Source: Eledone cirrhosa (lineage: Eukaryota). Taken from it: DNA of 64,000 bases. The translations under genes and the position numbers were made by a program. The stretch is taken from contig OZ024740.1 in assembly GCA_964016885.1 (NCBI GenBank), forward strand, positions 149,296,001 to 149,360,000, written 5' to 3'. The notes under the pieces were generated by a model that did not search any database, had not been told where the DNA came from, and worked only from the letters and a program-made list of their open reading frames with translations. Of the stretch, positions 38,842 through 52,227 are shown piece by piece (the stretch's first letter is position 1; each line of letters begins with the position of its first letter).

Positions 38842-41029
38842 TCTGGCAATGCAGCTAGTAAGAATGACTGGATGATAGTTGACAGGCGATGTGTGGTCAC
38901 CCTTTTTGAACAGAGAAATGACACTGGCAGTTTTCCACTGTTCTGGAGTAGCACCGTTGTTCAGACAGAATTAGAAGAAGCGTGATATAGCTGGTGCAGA
39001 AGGAACTACCCATCACGTTTGAGAAGCAGGTACGTAACACCATCAAGACCAGGAGAAGCATGGTTGCGTTTATTCTTAAGGTGACGTCGTAGCATTGCAT
39101 GTGTAAATTCCATAGTTGTAATAGAATCCGATGTCAGAGCTGGTGGAGATGGTACACTCTGGTCTTCAACAGTGAAAATGCCTGCATAGCATTCAGCAAT
39201 GAGTTCTGTGCATTCCTTGGGGTCGTCAGTAATCTGGCATGTGTGGGAATTGCGAAGAGAACCAACTGGAGAATGAGGCCTGTGTTTTGAGTGAACATAC
39301 TTGCAGAACACCTTACTGTCAGAGCTGGTTGTTATGCGCTGCTCAAATTCAAGCACTGCCCTTTTTGTCGCCTGCTTGAGATGGTTGGATGATTTATTTC
39401 GCTTTTTCCTATTGATATCTGATTTATGCAGTTTGTACTCACGTTCAGCATTACGAGGTTCTTTCCTGGCAAGATGGACTGCTGCAGTCTTCCAAATTGC
39501 ACTTTTGGGATGTTTTTTCTGCTTACGTGGCACCGATGCTGCACATGCTATCCATATTGAGTTCAGAGTGTTCTGGAGTACAGTGTTGACATCTCCAGAG
39601 TCGTAAAACTCAAGCCAGTTTGGACGTTGCAGCTCGGTGCAGTAAGAGTTCTAGTCTACTTTATTCCAATCAAATTGAGCAGTTTGGAGATGGTTGTGGT
39701 TTTTGTTACTGCTCATGAGGGACAGACTGGCAATGATCATAGCATTATCAGAGTCACATAAAGGTTCCTCAGTAGTAACACTAATAAACGTTTCAGGAGT
39801 AGTGTGGAAGAGTAGATCCAAAGTGTTGTCACCTCTTGGTGGGGAGGTGACTACTGGGATCAGTTCGAGTCCAGCACTAGCCCAAGGAAATAATTTGCAC
39901 TTTGCGGTCAACGAAAAGTTTCCCTGTCAATCTCAGGGTGATTGAAGTCCACTGCGATAAAAACATAAGTGGCTGTTTTCCTGGCAGCAGCTCTGAGGAT
40001 ATCACAAAGTTGAGTGTCCTGATGGTAATTTGGGGGGCGGTAAACAACTCCAAGTAGCAGTTTCAAATCAACACAAGGAACTGCTGAAAATGTTGACCGA
40101 ACGTAGATCATTACACCACCACCACGACGATTAATGCGGTCTTTATGAAACAAGTTGTTGCCAGCTGTTCTGAAAGCCCCATCACAGAGTAAAGAATGTG
40201 CCCATGTTTCCGTGACTGTAATGAAGCCAGGGTCGATACTTTTGACGTAGGAGTTAAAAAGATGTATCTTATTGCATAATATTACGTGCATTTAAGGACA
40301 ACAATTTGTACCTTGATTCCAGTCTATGATTATGTGCAGGGGATGGCAAGTTGTTCTGATTTAGTTTCCCAGAGTTTTTCAGTTTTTTTTTATTGTCAGT
40401 TGTTGTGGCTACAGTGTTTTCAGACCAGCTGGTATCCCTTTTCCATGTTTCACCAGCCTTAATATACTTCCATATCTTCCCATCATCACGTAGGCTGAAG
40501 CTTTCATGTTCTGCCGAGTTGCGGTTTCAGGAAGCTGCAGCACGCAGCTTTGGGCGTACATCAGGTGGAAGACCAGGGCGTGTACGGAAAGCAATCCGAC
40601 TTTCATGCCTAGCTTTATCAGAGGCCAAAAGATATGAACGTGCCTCAGTTGAGTTCGAAAAAGACAGTCAAATTAGCCTGGGTTTCGGACCTGGTCAGCC
40701 AATGGGTAGAGCACCCTTCAGAGGAGCACAGCCTAAGTCTTTGGATGAACTGGCAGCAAATGTCTGAAGATCAGCTATGTCTTCTGGTACACCAATGGTA
40801 ATCACTTCGTGGTTTACAGATTCTGTGGCATTCTCAATGCGTCTAGATTCGGCAAGGGGTACGCGGAGATTTTTTAACAAGGCACTCCGATAAGATCCCT
40901 CATTGTGAGGTTCTAGACGAACGCTTGATTTGATTCCTGCTATTTCTCGGCTTAAAGCGGAAATTATTTGCCGTATTTCCGCAAACCCCGTATTGACGGT
41001 TGATTTTTGTTGTTCTTCTTCTTCAACAG

Positions 41030-41215
41030 GCATGGTAGGGGAAGACACAGTCGTCGGTTGTTGTTGTTGAAAAGTAATGGGGGAAGAAGACATGGGCTGC
41101 TGTTGTTGATGAAGTCCTTCAACAGGTGTAGTAGCGGAAGCTACGTTCGTTGGTTTTTGCTGTTGTTCAGGAACAATGGTAGGGGAAGACACGATCGTCG
41201 GTTTTTTGTTGTTGT
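41030..41215 (-). repeat. Degenerate coding minisatellite in CR1 ORF1 (QQQQPT.VSSPT units)
   Basis: About four related units are visible in the 201-aa ORF. Confidence 0.7.
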
Positions 41216-42053
41216 TGTTCAACAGCAATGGTAGAGGCAGACATACAAACCAGTCACTGAAAGGACCAATTTGGTAGCTGGACAATTTCCCAGAGCCCAT
41301 CCATCATAGAAGTATGGTGTCTGTTTTTCTGACCTGGGATCTTTCGAAAGTTTGTGGCACATTGAAGGCAAACAGAAACACGACATTTTCCACATTCGAC
41401 ACATCGATTTCGGAAGGAGTTCTCTGATTCTGTAGATAGATAACAGACGTGATTTTCTGGGCGATGTTCTATTTTGGAACATCGCCCAGTTTTATTACAC
41501 ACTTCACCCATGGATGTCACAATAGCTATTTTGTCCTGCCTGTCTATCCGTACAGTAGAACAAAATGTAAATGTAAACAAATAAATATGCTGCGTAAGTT
41601 TAGAACATTTGTTAACGAGATAAATACAATGTATGTTTATGTTTTGTTTTTGTATTTCTGTTTCTGTTTTCCTATGTATTATGTGTGTGTGTGTGTATAG
41701 AAAAAGATCTGCACACGAATATATAATTATATATATATAATTAAAAGGTTTATGTGGGTTAGAAGCGAAGTCAATGTTCAGAAAGGTTTTATAATGTACG
41801 TAAGATTGGCCGGTGTAGTGTCGCACACGAAATAGTGTGGTTTCTTTTCACTTGTATATGCGTGTGGTATATATCTGTATATAAATCTGTGTGTATATTG
41901 TTGTTTATAGATTTTGTGATCCCAAAGGGATGTAGTGATTTTATTTTTCCGTTCATGTCGACACGTGGTTTGTTGGCGAAAATCAAGTATACTTCGTTAA
42001 AGTAATTTTATGTTGAAGCTGGTACTAATACTTAGGGAACAGTCAAAGTATTT

Positions 42054-42210
42054 GTAATAATTGTTCTACTTTCGGTACAAGGCCAGCAATTATCCCAGTG
42101 CATTACTGGTACTTTATTTTAGCGACCCCATAAGGATGAAAGGCAAAGTTAACCTCGGCGGGATTTGAACTCAGATCGTAAAGGCCCGTAACTCCATGCT
42201 GCCAATCCAT
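42054..42210 (-). mobile_element. tRNA-derived SINE
   Basis: Matches the family consensus, including the B-box gagttcaaatcc on the minus strand. Confidence 0.85.
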
Positions 42211-43691
42211 GAATATTGTAATCCATCAGACATGTGTTAAAGGGCAGTTTTTGTGATAATATTATATTTAGTTTAGGAAGACGTGGTCAAACGTCCTTCC
42301 TTGTCGCCATTTTTTGTGTTTATAATAATATATGCACATTTCTTTTCAAGAAAATATGAATATATATATATAAATATATATTTATTAAAATAACAGATTA
42401 AAGTTTAAGCAAAGAATCGCTGCTTTCACCCTTATATATATATAACGGGATCTTCTGAAAAATATATAATTCACACACACACAAATTATATATTTATATT
42501 ATATATATATATATATGTATATTCATATTTTCCTTGATTGGTATCTTAATGATACTGATTTAATTAAATCATTGGGTGAGTGGGAAAACGCCTGAAGGTA
42601 TAGCGGTCCTATTCGATGGCTTCGTTTCAGTATTATATATATATATATATATATGAATAAATTTAGTCCTTCATCAGTGATCTTCCAACCTTCATTGGTA
42701 TTTCATCGCTTTAAAGACCATATACCTCCGGTTGGTGCGAGCAACGGCTAAAGAAAGTCGTTGGGACACGTAAATAAGGGGAACGAGCGAGACTGTAAAC
42801 AATCAAAGATGGTAATACAACGAAAAGTGAGGAAGAAGGAGTCAAGTCCCAGAATTCGATGAATATAAGTTCTGTGAGAGAATATAGGCCATCAAACCTA
42901 GTCGAAATGTGAGGAAGGAAAGAATTTCGCACAGATATATATATATATATGGGGGGGGGGGTAAAGAAAAAATATACATATACAAACATATATACATATA
43001 TATATATCGGTAGAACTTAAAAGTGGAAATGCACAGAAGTGTAATTAAAATTCTCTTTTCCTTGATTCAAACAAAATATATTTGATATACCAATATCTAT
43101 ATTTGGTATATCAAATAAATTTAAGTTTTATAAAGTACTACACATTTCAAATGTAACGATAATCTTATCACATAACAATTTGTGTATATTAATAAAATCT
43201 GTTCTCATATTTTGGCACCTACTAAGTAAATGGCTATTTGCTATCAAAGTACCTTCTTGTATATGTTTTTTTGTGTCGTGTTGGAAGTAGTAAATTTACC
43301 GCCGCCTCAGTTTTAACTACACACACGCATACACATACACAGACACAGACACGCATACACACATACACGCAATACACACATACACTTATGTATATATATA
43401 ATTTTATATCTTCTCAAGATTTGCATACCACAATTTTTTGCTTTTCCTTTTTTCCTATTTTCATTAACATCCTAAGCTTCGAAATATTTCTAATTGTTGA
43501 ACATGAAAAGAATGTTTTTACTGTAACAAAGAAATTTGTAATGTCGTTGGACATTCGTTACGGCAAGACATAAAAGTATGAGTATTAAAGCACTGTGAAA
43601 GGAAATACATGTTCATCCATACATCCATCTATACGTACGTATGTGTTTGGGTGTGTGTTTATACATATATGCGTGCGTGTATGTGTGCACA

Positions 43692-43750
<59 letters not shown>

Positions 43751-43757
<7 letters not shown>

Positions 43758-44381
43758 GCGTAAAATAAGAAAATATCTTTTTAAAAAATAAAAAAATTTT
43801 TTTTTTTTTTTTTTACTTACTTACTTAAATTTTCACTCCAACTAATTAGTTTCTGCAATGGGATAAAGACAGTTACGTAATCCAACTGTCGAGAATTCAT
43901 TGCGTCATCAGGGAGTCTATTCTCAGCTAAGTCTCCAGGCAATGCGCGGACACTGGCGGCTCATATAAAAATAATAATAATTCGGTAGATAGAACAGCTG
44001 GCGAGGACTGGATTCCATGTACTGAAATTCTCACTGCCTCTAGTCAAATGGCCGATTCTAAAGAATCAATCACGTGACACAGAGGCTAGTTAGAAGGAAT
44101 GGGATGGTAAGATGACTGACGCCTACTAACACCCCAAAAAATTTAGAAGTGGTTTTGGCAGGTTTGCTCGACAAATCAGTGATTTGGAGATAAATATAGA
44201 TAATTTAATATATCAACTAACATAAGCGCACAGATGCAAGTCCATGCCAGCAAATACACAGGTTATGTCATAGTACCTAGGTGGTTCGATGCAGGAGGAT
44301 GCAGAACAATAATATAAAAGGTGTAAAATAAGAAAATATCTTTTAAAAAAATTAAAAATTTTTTTTTTTTTTTAACTTACT

Positions 44382-44382
<1 letters not shown>
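43751..44382 (-). mobile_element. Non-coding element with ~70-bp direct terminal repeats carrying a hammerhead (retrozyme/pLTR-like)
   Basis: 43751-43820 is repeated at about 44314-44382; flanked by (TA)n; hammerhead at 43835-43916. Confidence 0.6.
43835..43916 (-). ncRNA. Type I hammerhead ribozyme with long extended stem II
   Basis: Minus strand actcc-CTGATGA-c gcaatg..gacagtt(loop)aactgtc..cattgc a-GAAA-ctaattagt-T-ggagt; palindromic stem III ACTAATTAGT. Confidence 0.82.
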
Positions 44383-44468
<86 letters not shown>

Positions 44469-44479
44469 ATATATATATA

Positions 44480-44542
<63 letters not shown>

Positions 44543-44605
44543 AACAGGATTTCGCTTCAAGCATAGCTTTATACAATATGTATAAATATTTCGTATCTCC
44601 AAAGA

Positions 44606-44658
44606 GGGACCGTCCTCACGAAGGCCAGTTAAGCCTGAAATGCATAGACGGTTGTCCC
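44606..44658 (+). ncRNA. Type I minimal hammerhead with G5-to-C core substitution (probably inactive)
   Basis: accgtc-CTCACGA-aggc cagttaa gcct-GAAA-tgcat-A-gacggt; lies inside a 28-bp inverted repeat (44578-44605 / about 44750-44777). Confidence 0.65.
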
Positions 44659-44775
44659 CCTTGCTTCTGCTGGACATCACCAGAGGGCGTTAGTCCCCCC
44701 CCCCCCCCCCCCCGGTGTTTGCATACCTACGGCTTCCTAAAACCGTATTTCTTTGGTGATACGAAATATTTATAC

Positions 44776-44870
<95 letters not shown>

Positions 44871-45120
44871 TGGAGAGAGTATATTCAGAATGGCAATCTT
44901 TTAAATAGGAGCAAATATAACGTTCCTATTCATTTTATTCACTCCTTTCAATTACTGTTCAGACGCTGTTTTAATTTCTATCTAGTACCAGTTAGCGACG
45001 GCTGTTGGAAAATATGCACACAACATTAAGTATTCTAAAATATAGAATGCATTGTCAATAGCCATTAGGAAATTTCATGATTCGTAAAGTAACTTTACTT
45101 TCTTACACACACACACACAT

Positions 45121-45202
<82 letters not shown>

Positions 45203-45329
45203 GTTTTTATCTTATGAAAATATCCCATTCTGAACTGGAAGTAGCATACTATATTTAATTCTAGCAATTGAACACCACACCGAAATCATGATGTAGTAAC
45301 GCGCTATAAATGCTTCAGCGACCACTTTC

Positions 45330-45665
45330 AATATTAGCAGACTCCTGATCGACTACTGCCCTTTATGATCTGAGTTCAAATCCCGCCGAGGTTAACTTTG
45401 CCTTTCATCCTAACGGGGTCAATAAAATAAAGTACCAGTAATGCACTGGAATAATTGCTGGCCTTGTGCCAAAAGTAGAAGCAATTATAATCATCATCAT
45501 CAGGCTTTGCAGCAAAGAGTTATGGCTCTTTATAGTCTGAGTTCAAATCCCGCCGAGGTTAACTTGCCTTTCATTCTTACGGGTTCGATAAAATAAAGTA
45601 CCAGTCATACGCTGGGATAATTGTTCAAACGTAGAAACAATTATAATCATCATCATCATTACCAT
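45330..45665 (+). mobile_element. Two tandem tRNA-derived SINEs with (ATC)n tails
   Basis: ctgagttcaaatcccgccgaggttaact...aagtaccagt occurs twice, each ending aattataatcatcatcatc. Confidence 0.88.
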
Positions 45666-48379
45666 TGTCATCAACATTATCGACATATGTGGGATTTTAT
45701 ACATGCTCCTTATAATCTACACTCTATCGTCCAAAATAAGACAAAGTACATGAGATGATGTCTTAAATATAATATATCCGAAAAAGGCCCCTACCCTCAC
45801 AGATGCGACACAGTATATCGCGGACTTTCCAAGGGCTTAAATAATCATCACCACCGCCCTCCTAACCACAACCACCAGCACAACAACCAATACAGATATT
45901 ACCACAAACGCCATCAAAGGGGTTTAACAAAATCTTTTAAGTAACTAATAATTGTAGCAGGGAGACAGCTTCAATGTGGTTTCTCCAACTACTAACGTAA
46001 ACTCAGTTCCTCAACCCGTCATGTTATCGAACCGGAAGAGTAAAAGACAACGTTTCCTTCTTTGAAAATTAAACTCAGAATTCACTCAGTCGGTAATTAA
46101 ATATTGCAAAACATTTTATTCGGCACTCTACTATTTTTACCATTCCATTGCCGTAGATCAAGTTGTAAATATTGAAACAAAAATAAACATTTATGGAAAG
46201 TAATGGAGATAGTGGTACAGCGGTGGTGAATATCCATGTGTTATTTAGTTAAGTATCTTTACATTCTAATTTTAAATTTATCAGCTGTCTACTTTACCTT
46301 TCATTATTCTGATATCGATAAACCTTAAAACTTTAGCTTTGTGTTTATATTAGAAATAACCTTACAGAGAGTTTGACTGCTAATTCTTTTTTGTATTCCA
46401 GAATGATAAACAGCAAAGTCAAACTAGGTGGGATTATACAACTAGGAGCGTGTGGGAATACAACTTATTTTTCCCAGCTCAATGTATCATTAACAGAATA
46501 CTAAGCTAATGTAGGCTGTTCAGTGACAATAGAATTAGACCGCCGGCCGTATACTATTTTGAACCCCTTCTTTCTGAATTTTAATATCACACGGAATTCG
46601 ATAAAATTGTTGTTTAGTTGACTTATGATCGATTTGACCTGCGGTCAAGAGCGTTCCTGTAAATAACTAACCTGCTACATTTTCAGGCATAGTATATCTA
46701 GGATTGCATTATCCAATGATTTATTCATTTTTTAAGTCAGCAGACTATGATCCGAGGGGCATTTGGCTACAATTTCTAGCTGTTCGAGTGACCACGTAAA
46801 CGTTTTTTTATTGTGCTGCTAAAGTAGGCACAAGTGGCGTTTTTCAGTCGATTCAATCGATTAAACCTCTCCTTTACAACTTGGCGGTCTCATGAAAATG
46901 TTGAAAATCAATTTTGAAATCATATTGGTGTTTGCAAACGCATACTTGAGGAAAGATTTTTATGTATTTCTTTACCATTTAAGACTAAATGTATAAATAC
47001 CAAAGTGTCTCAGTTAATCTAACAGTTAAATAGAACTGCAATACATATACATATTTTGCTTATCCTTCTGCTTGAGCAAGACATCACATTATAAAAACAT
47101 ATTAATCTTCTTACCTTTCATCTAATTGAGTGATGTTACTAAACAATTTGATACGATATCAGGTTATTCGTTGACCGGTCGGCGGTTCACAGAGTATTGA
47201 AAGGCAAGACAGGTATTCTTGCTGGCTCATTCGTTGTAGCTGTAATAAGAACATATCAGATCACAACTCAATCTCATTCGTAGATATAGATTGACATAAC
47301 AGCCAATATCCCTGTGACTAAATCTCCCATTGACTGATGAATCTCATTAGAAAAAAATCTAGTAATTGAAAGTATTATTAATCCACGCATACAACACATT
47401 AATTATATTAAATTTATTTATTAAAAGACGAGTAAATTTTAAAATTGTCATAGTCAAACCAAAAGTCTCTATGTGGTTATAAATAGCATAAAAATTTTCC
47501 TTGCAACATTTTTTAAAGGGGATGGTCTCACTTTGTAATGTAGTCCGAGATATAACGGAAAATGGGCTGAACGTGGTTGGAAGGTTTTTCAGTTTGACCA
47601 CTCGATTAGGGCTGAACTGGGAGTAAACAAAAAGCTCAACATTTTATTTTTACATACAAATTTAGAAACAACTCGAGATGGGTTGCATTCTCCAGCAGAT
47701 TTAATCAACAAAATGGTTTTTCTTGCAACAACTTTATAATTTCATTTTATCGTACCCTTCAAATGTTCTAATAAGACATATCTACCTGAAGAAATGGACA
47801 GGAAATCATTCTATAACAGTATTAAAGGTATATATAATTGCAACTCATATTCATTTATTATTTTATATACTTATTAAATAGATATTCATTTATTAAGTTA
47901 TATTCGTCGCAATCTTTTGAAATGCGGCCACTCAAGGCCACCAACTTCTTGACAAAAAACATGGAAAAGTTGTGCCCTCTCCTGAAAATCCAGAAATGAA
48001 CAGCTTAATATTACAACCTATACAGTTAGGTGATAATTGCTGGTATATTGGACGTGTGGATGTCAGATATACGGGCCCGCAAATCAGGAGAGGATCAGGA
48101 ATGAATACCTCAGTAGAGAGAAGAGAATATGTTCATCCGTATTCTCAGTGTACAAGCCCATTGCCTATGATACTTTTGCAGAACCTATCTTCACGCCAAT
48201 ATGTGGCCTGCTGAATTGATCATTGCAAGCTGCTCAGTGTTACTGGAGATGTTAACATTAATGGTGACATGCATAGGCAATATTTCACACGCAAGTGTGG
48301 TGAGTGAAGTCTAAAATCCATATCATCATACGAGATCCGGATATTAACATTGAAGCAGCATCTTCAACATAAGAAAAAG

Positions 48380-48960
48380 ATCACCAACCATACCTTCTAC
48401 CCCAAGTGTATGGGCATGAAAATAACAAAACTGTTACGATAGCCACTGGTCGAGAGAAGATATATGAAATAAAAGCTGACATAAATCTCTCTCCCAGAAA
48501 CATTGGAAAACTCTGCTCCTTTCTCGAACAAAATAACAGTTCACTGAGAAGATCGTACTAGAAATGAATATCGCAGGCAATAAAGAGAATACACGAAGAG
48601 ATGACATGGAGTCCTGACAAGTGCATGAAAATCCACCTTGCAATCCAGAAACAAGAAATACCCACCAAGTATCTACTGCACAAAAGAGAAATATCATCAG
48701 TTGATAGCAAATGTAGGCTGTGCAAAAATGTTAGCCACGTTATTGTCAACGGTGACAGAATATCTTCACATGTGGCATGATGTGATAAACAGAATAATGT
48801 GGAATGTAAAAATAAATACACCAACAATTAAAACACAGCCACTTGGATATTGTTGTTTGGGAACACAGATTACAAACAAGCAGTGTAGAAGTCAGCTGCC
48901 AAGAAAGATGCAAGAGGGGGGGGGTATCTATGGACCATTGATGAGAGGTTTGCAGATCCA
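48380..48960 (+). mobile_element. Decayed R4-clade fragment (post-RT/CCHC region)
   Basis: AIQKQEIPTKYL...SKCRLCK..SHVI...TEYLHMWHDVINRIMWN across frames resembles the R4 AIQDQ..T / CRxC..H / EY..RHD..IHW pattern. Confidence 0.55.
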
Positions 48961-48998
48961 GTACCGAGGATACACGTTCAGTTTTATAATTATTATTT

Positions 48999-49190
48999 TT
49001 GGTGGATTGGCAGTATCGGTAGAGAGTCGGACACCATGCTTTAAAACATAGAGTTACGTCTCTTTATGATCTGAGTTCAAATCTCGCCGAGGTTAACTTT
49101 GCCTTTCATCCTTACGGGGTCGATAAAAAAAAGTACCAGTAATGTACTGGGTAATTTGCTGGCCTTGTGTCAAAAATGGAAACAATTATT
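48999..49190 (+). mobile_element. Full-length tRNA-derived SINE
   Basis: ggtggattggcagtatcggtagag (A-box-like), gagttcaaatc (B-box), central domain, aattatt end; possible TSD ttatttttgg. Confidence 0.9.
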
Positions 49191-49925
49191 TTTGGAGCTA
49201 CGGGATTTATACCAAGCCTCCTGGACCAAAGTAGGACTCAGCTTGTATTTGTGGCGAAAGAACAGAGCACCATAATTTATAAACAAAAAAAAACAAATAG
49301 CCATGGTATCCGGAACCTTCAACATTCTTTAGATTCAAAGGAAAACGAAAAGGCCCTTTCTTTTTGCAATTTTGCCACCGGAAAGGTGGCCGGTCGAAAA
49401 ATAAATTGAAAATTTAAAGAAACAGCTTATACTATATACATATATATACATACGTACGTACATATATACATACATACAAACATGCATACATACATATATA
49501 CATACATACATACAAACATGCATACATTTATACATAGATACATACATACAAACATACATACATACATACATACATACATACGCACTTATATACATAAATA
49601 TAAACATAGATCTCTAGACAGGTGCGTAGATATGTAGGTACACATGTAGGTGAGTAGGTATATAGATCAATAGAAAGGTAGGTGGAAAAACTGAACAAAT
49701 ATTGATGAGATACAGGAAGCTATTGTTTCAAAGTAAATTATTTTATTGAAATTCGAAATATTTGTCTAGTTCCCATTAAATGTATGTATTCAATACGTAC
49801 ATACATATAATATATTAACAGTCACTCACCCACGCACACAAATCAAGCGCACATATATACATACACATATGCACATACACACCCACCTGCCACCAAATAT
49901 ATATATACATACTTTAATAAGTTCT

Positions 49926-50028
<103 letters not shown>

Positions 50029-50065
50029 CGCATATATGTGTATAAACATACCTTCATACATACAC

Positions 50066-50132
<67 letters not shown>

Positions 50133-50400
50133 AACACCCACAATTATACTCACACGAAAGAATAACTACGATTATTAAAACACATAATATATGTATGTAG
50201 AAATATGTGTTTGTGTTTATGTGTGTATGGCTATGTATATGTGAGTGTGTTTGTTTGTCTGTGTTGTGTGTGTCTCAAGTGATGTACATTGATGACACAT
50301 TATATTGGATATAGTTTTTAATTTCAAACAATTTGAGCATGAAGAGAACAGCTGTAGTTAAATGAAATGTTTAATTATGCACACGTACATGAATATATAC

Positions 50401-50459
<59 letters not shown>

Positions 50460-50542
50460 GTAGAATCGTTATATCTGTAGTAGTAGAGCACTCAGTCCAT
50501 GGGACGAATTTAGTAGTAGTTCAACAACAGTGAGTTCACCAT

Positions 50543-50585
50543 ACCGAGAAGAAATGGTTTACCTTATGCGGATCCTCAGCTCGGT
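50543..50585 (-). ncRNA. Degenerate hammerhead (family A)
   Basis: Stem I accgag/ctcggt and CTGAGGA are kept, but GAAAC and the GUH region are mutated. Confidence 0.55.
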
Positions 50586-51361
50586 GTGAATGAAGTTGTA
50601 TGGAAAAGGAAAAACAACCTTATGAATACGCATGCGCAGAAACGGTCACTTCTCCTGGGCGAGGAAAAACCACCATCGATCGATATAAGGGAGATTACTG
50701 CGGATGTCCGGAATAAATTATTCAAGTTATTCAGAATATTATAGATTGTTGATGTTAGTCAATCTGGGGCTTTGCAATTATGTAATAGGTGTTTCCAGAC
50801 GTGTGGACAATGTGAAAAAGTTCATTCCTTGAATTTAGGCAATTGTTATTACGTAATATTCTCAGGATATTGATCCTTTCTTCAATGCACAGTCCCCAAG
50901 ACGGATTTCCCCATGCGTATGGCGTGGACTTAGTAATAGCTTTCGATTGGATGGAGTAATCTACGCCCGCCTGAGTCCTTGGTGGACCATACGTAGCTCG
51001 CGAGTTTCGGGGACGATCATTTCTCCGGGTATCTAAAGGTCGACCGATGATTCAGGAGGCGTTCCTTAAACCTTCCCTCAGCCATACCTACATAGGATTT
51101 AACCTCTTGTTGTTGATTTAGTCGGTTAGAAGTGACCACAGCTTCGTAAATTACAGCGGGTGTGTTGCATTGCTGTTGAAGGGGACAAGCTTCAGGGTTT
51201 CGGCAAGTGCATCCTGGTGGGGTGCTCTTAAGGAAGAATATGAAAGCCCACATCACCAACAGCCCTATTGATCGTGGTTTTACCTCGCCCAGGAGAGGTG
51301 ACCGTTTCTGCGCATACGTATTCGTACGGTTGTTTTTCCTTTTCCGTACAACTTCATTCAG

Positions 51362-51404
51362 ACCGAGCTGAGGATCCGCATAAGGTGAAACATTTGTTCT
51401 CGGT
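51362..51404 (+). ncRNA. Type I minimal hammerhead ribozyme (family A), intact
   Basis: accgag-CTGAGGA-tcc gcataa ggt-GAAA-c attt gt-T-ctcggt; stem I extends with ttcag/ctgaa. Confidence 0.85.
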
Positions 51405-51428
51405 ATTCTGAATTAACTGGTGGAACTA

Positions 51429-51479
<51 letters not shown>

Positions 51480-51499
51480 TATTAAATAAGCGACAGGAA

Positions 51500-51685
51500 T
51501 TAATAATTGTTTCTACTTTTAGCACAAGGCCAGCAATTACTCAGTACATTACTGGTACTTTATTTTATCGACCCCGTAAGGATGAAAGGCAAAGTTAACC
51601 TCGGGGGGATTTGAACTCAGAATGGCAAGGGCAGTAACTCTATGCGTCAAAGCATGGCGTCCAACTCGCTACCGATACTGCCAGT
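51500..51685 (-). mobile_element. tRNA-derived SINE
   Basis: Matches the family consensus. Confidence 0.88.
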
Positions 51686-52038
51686 AATCATAAACTGAGA
51701 AAAACCTTTAAATATTATAAACCTAATTAATATACACTTTGGAAATTAATTTATAAATTATTTTTTTAATTTAGTTAACCTATAATTAATATTCTACTAC
51801 TGATGAACTACATAATTTTGCTTTCCTTCTTACAAATATCATTTCCTAAAACTGATACCATTAAGTAAACATATATTATGCTTTAGCTTCAGGTTATGAC
51901 TCTATGTTCCTTGAAAACTATATATATTTACTATTTCTCACTAATAAATTTAATCCCCCCCCAATAATTATATGTATATATAAGTGTATATGTGTGTGTA
52001 AATGTATGTGTATGTATGTATATATGCATGTATATATC

Positions 52039-52081
<43 letters not shown>

Positions 52082-52161
52082 GTATATGTATATGTATATA
52101 TATATGTGTGTATGTGTGTGTGTGTATGTGTATATATATGTATATATATGTATATATATGG

Positions 52162-52227
<66 letters not shown>

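Larger units (their letters stand above)
37449..41570 (-). mobile_element. Near-full-length decayed CR1-clade LINE
   Basis: ORF1 remnant with Cys-rich N-terminus (about 40350-41515). APE motifs VTETW, RGGGV, YRPP, DFNHP, TLDLLF. RT motifs VYLDFAEAFNSVPH, SGVPQGSVLGP, YADDIKLY. CR1 C-terminus TRGH...RKHFFTLRVAEAWNKLP. 3' UTR hairpin gtgctcaggagcac. The 5' boundary is approximate. Confidence 0.92.
50514..51430 (-). mobile_element. Penelope-like element 3' end with inverted pLTR copy
   Basis: GIY-YIG CTCRNPEACPLQQQCNTPAVIYEAVVTS...SYVGMAEGRFKERLLNHRSTFRY; 50514-50680 is repeated in inverted form at about 51268-51430; flanked by (TA)n. Confidence 0.87.

Noticed and set aside
42610-42690. Minus-strand CTGATGA and GAAAC separated by (TA)n
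   Set aside because: Stem I and the UH site do not close; at most fragments.
18051-43117. Isolated 15-bp hairpins at 18051-18104 and 43079-43117
   Set aside because: Short AT-rich palindromes with no other support.
48999-49090. tRNA gene
   Set aside because: The A/B boxes belong to the SINE head; no cloverleaf could be formed.
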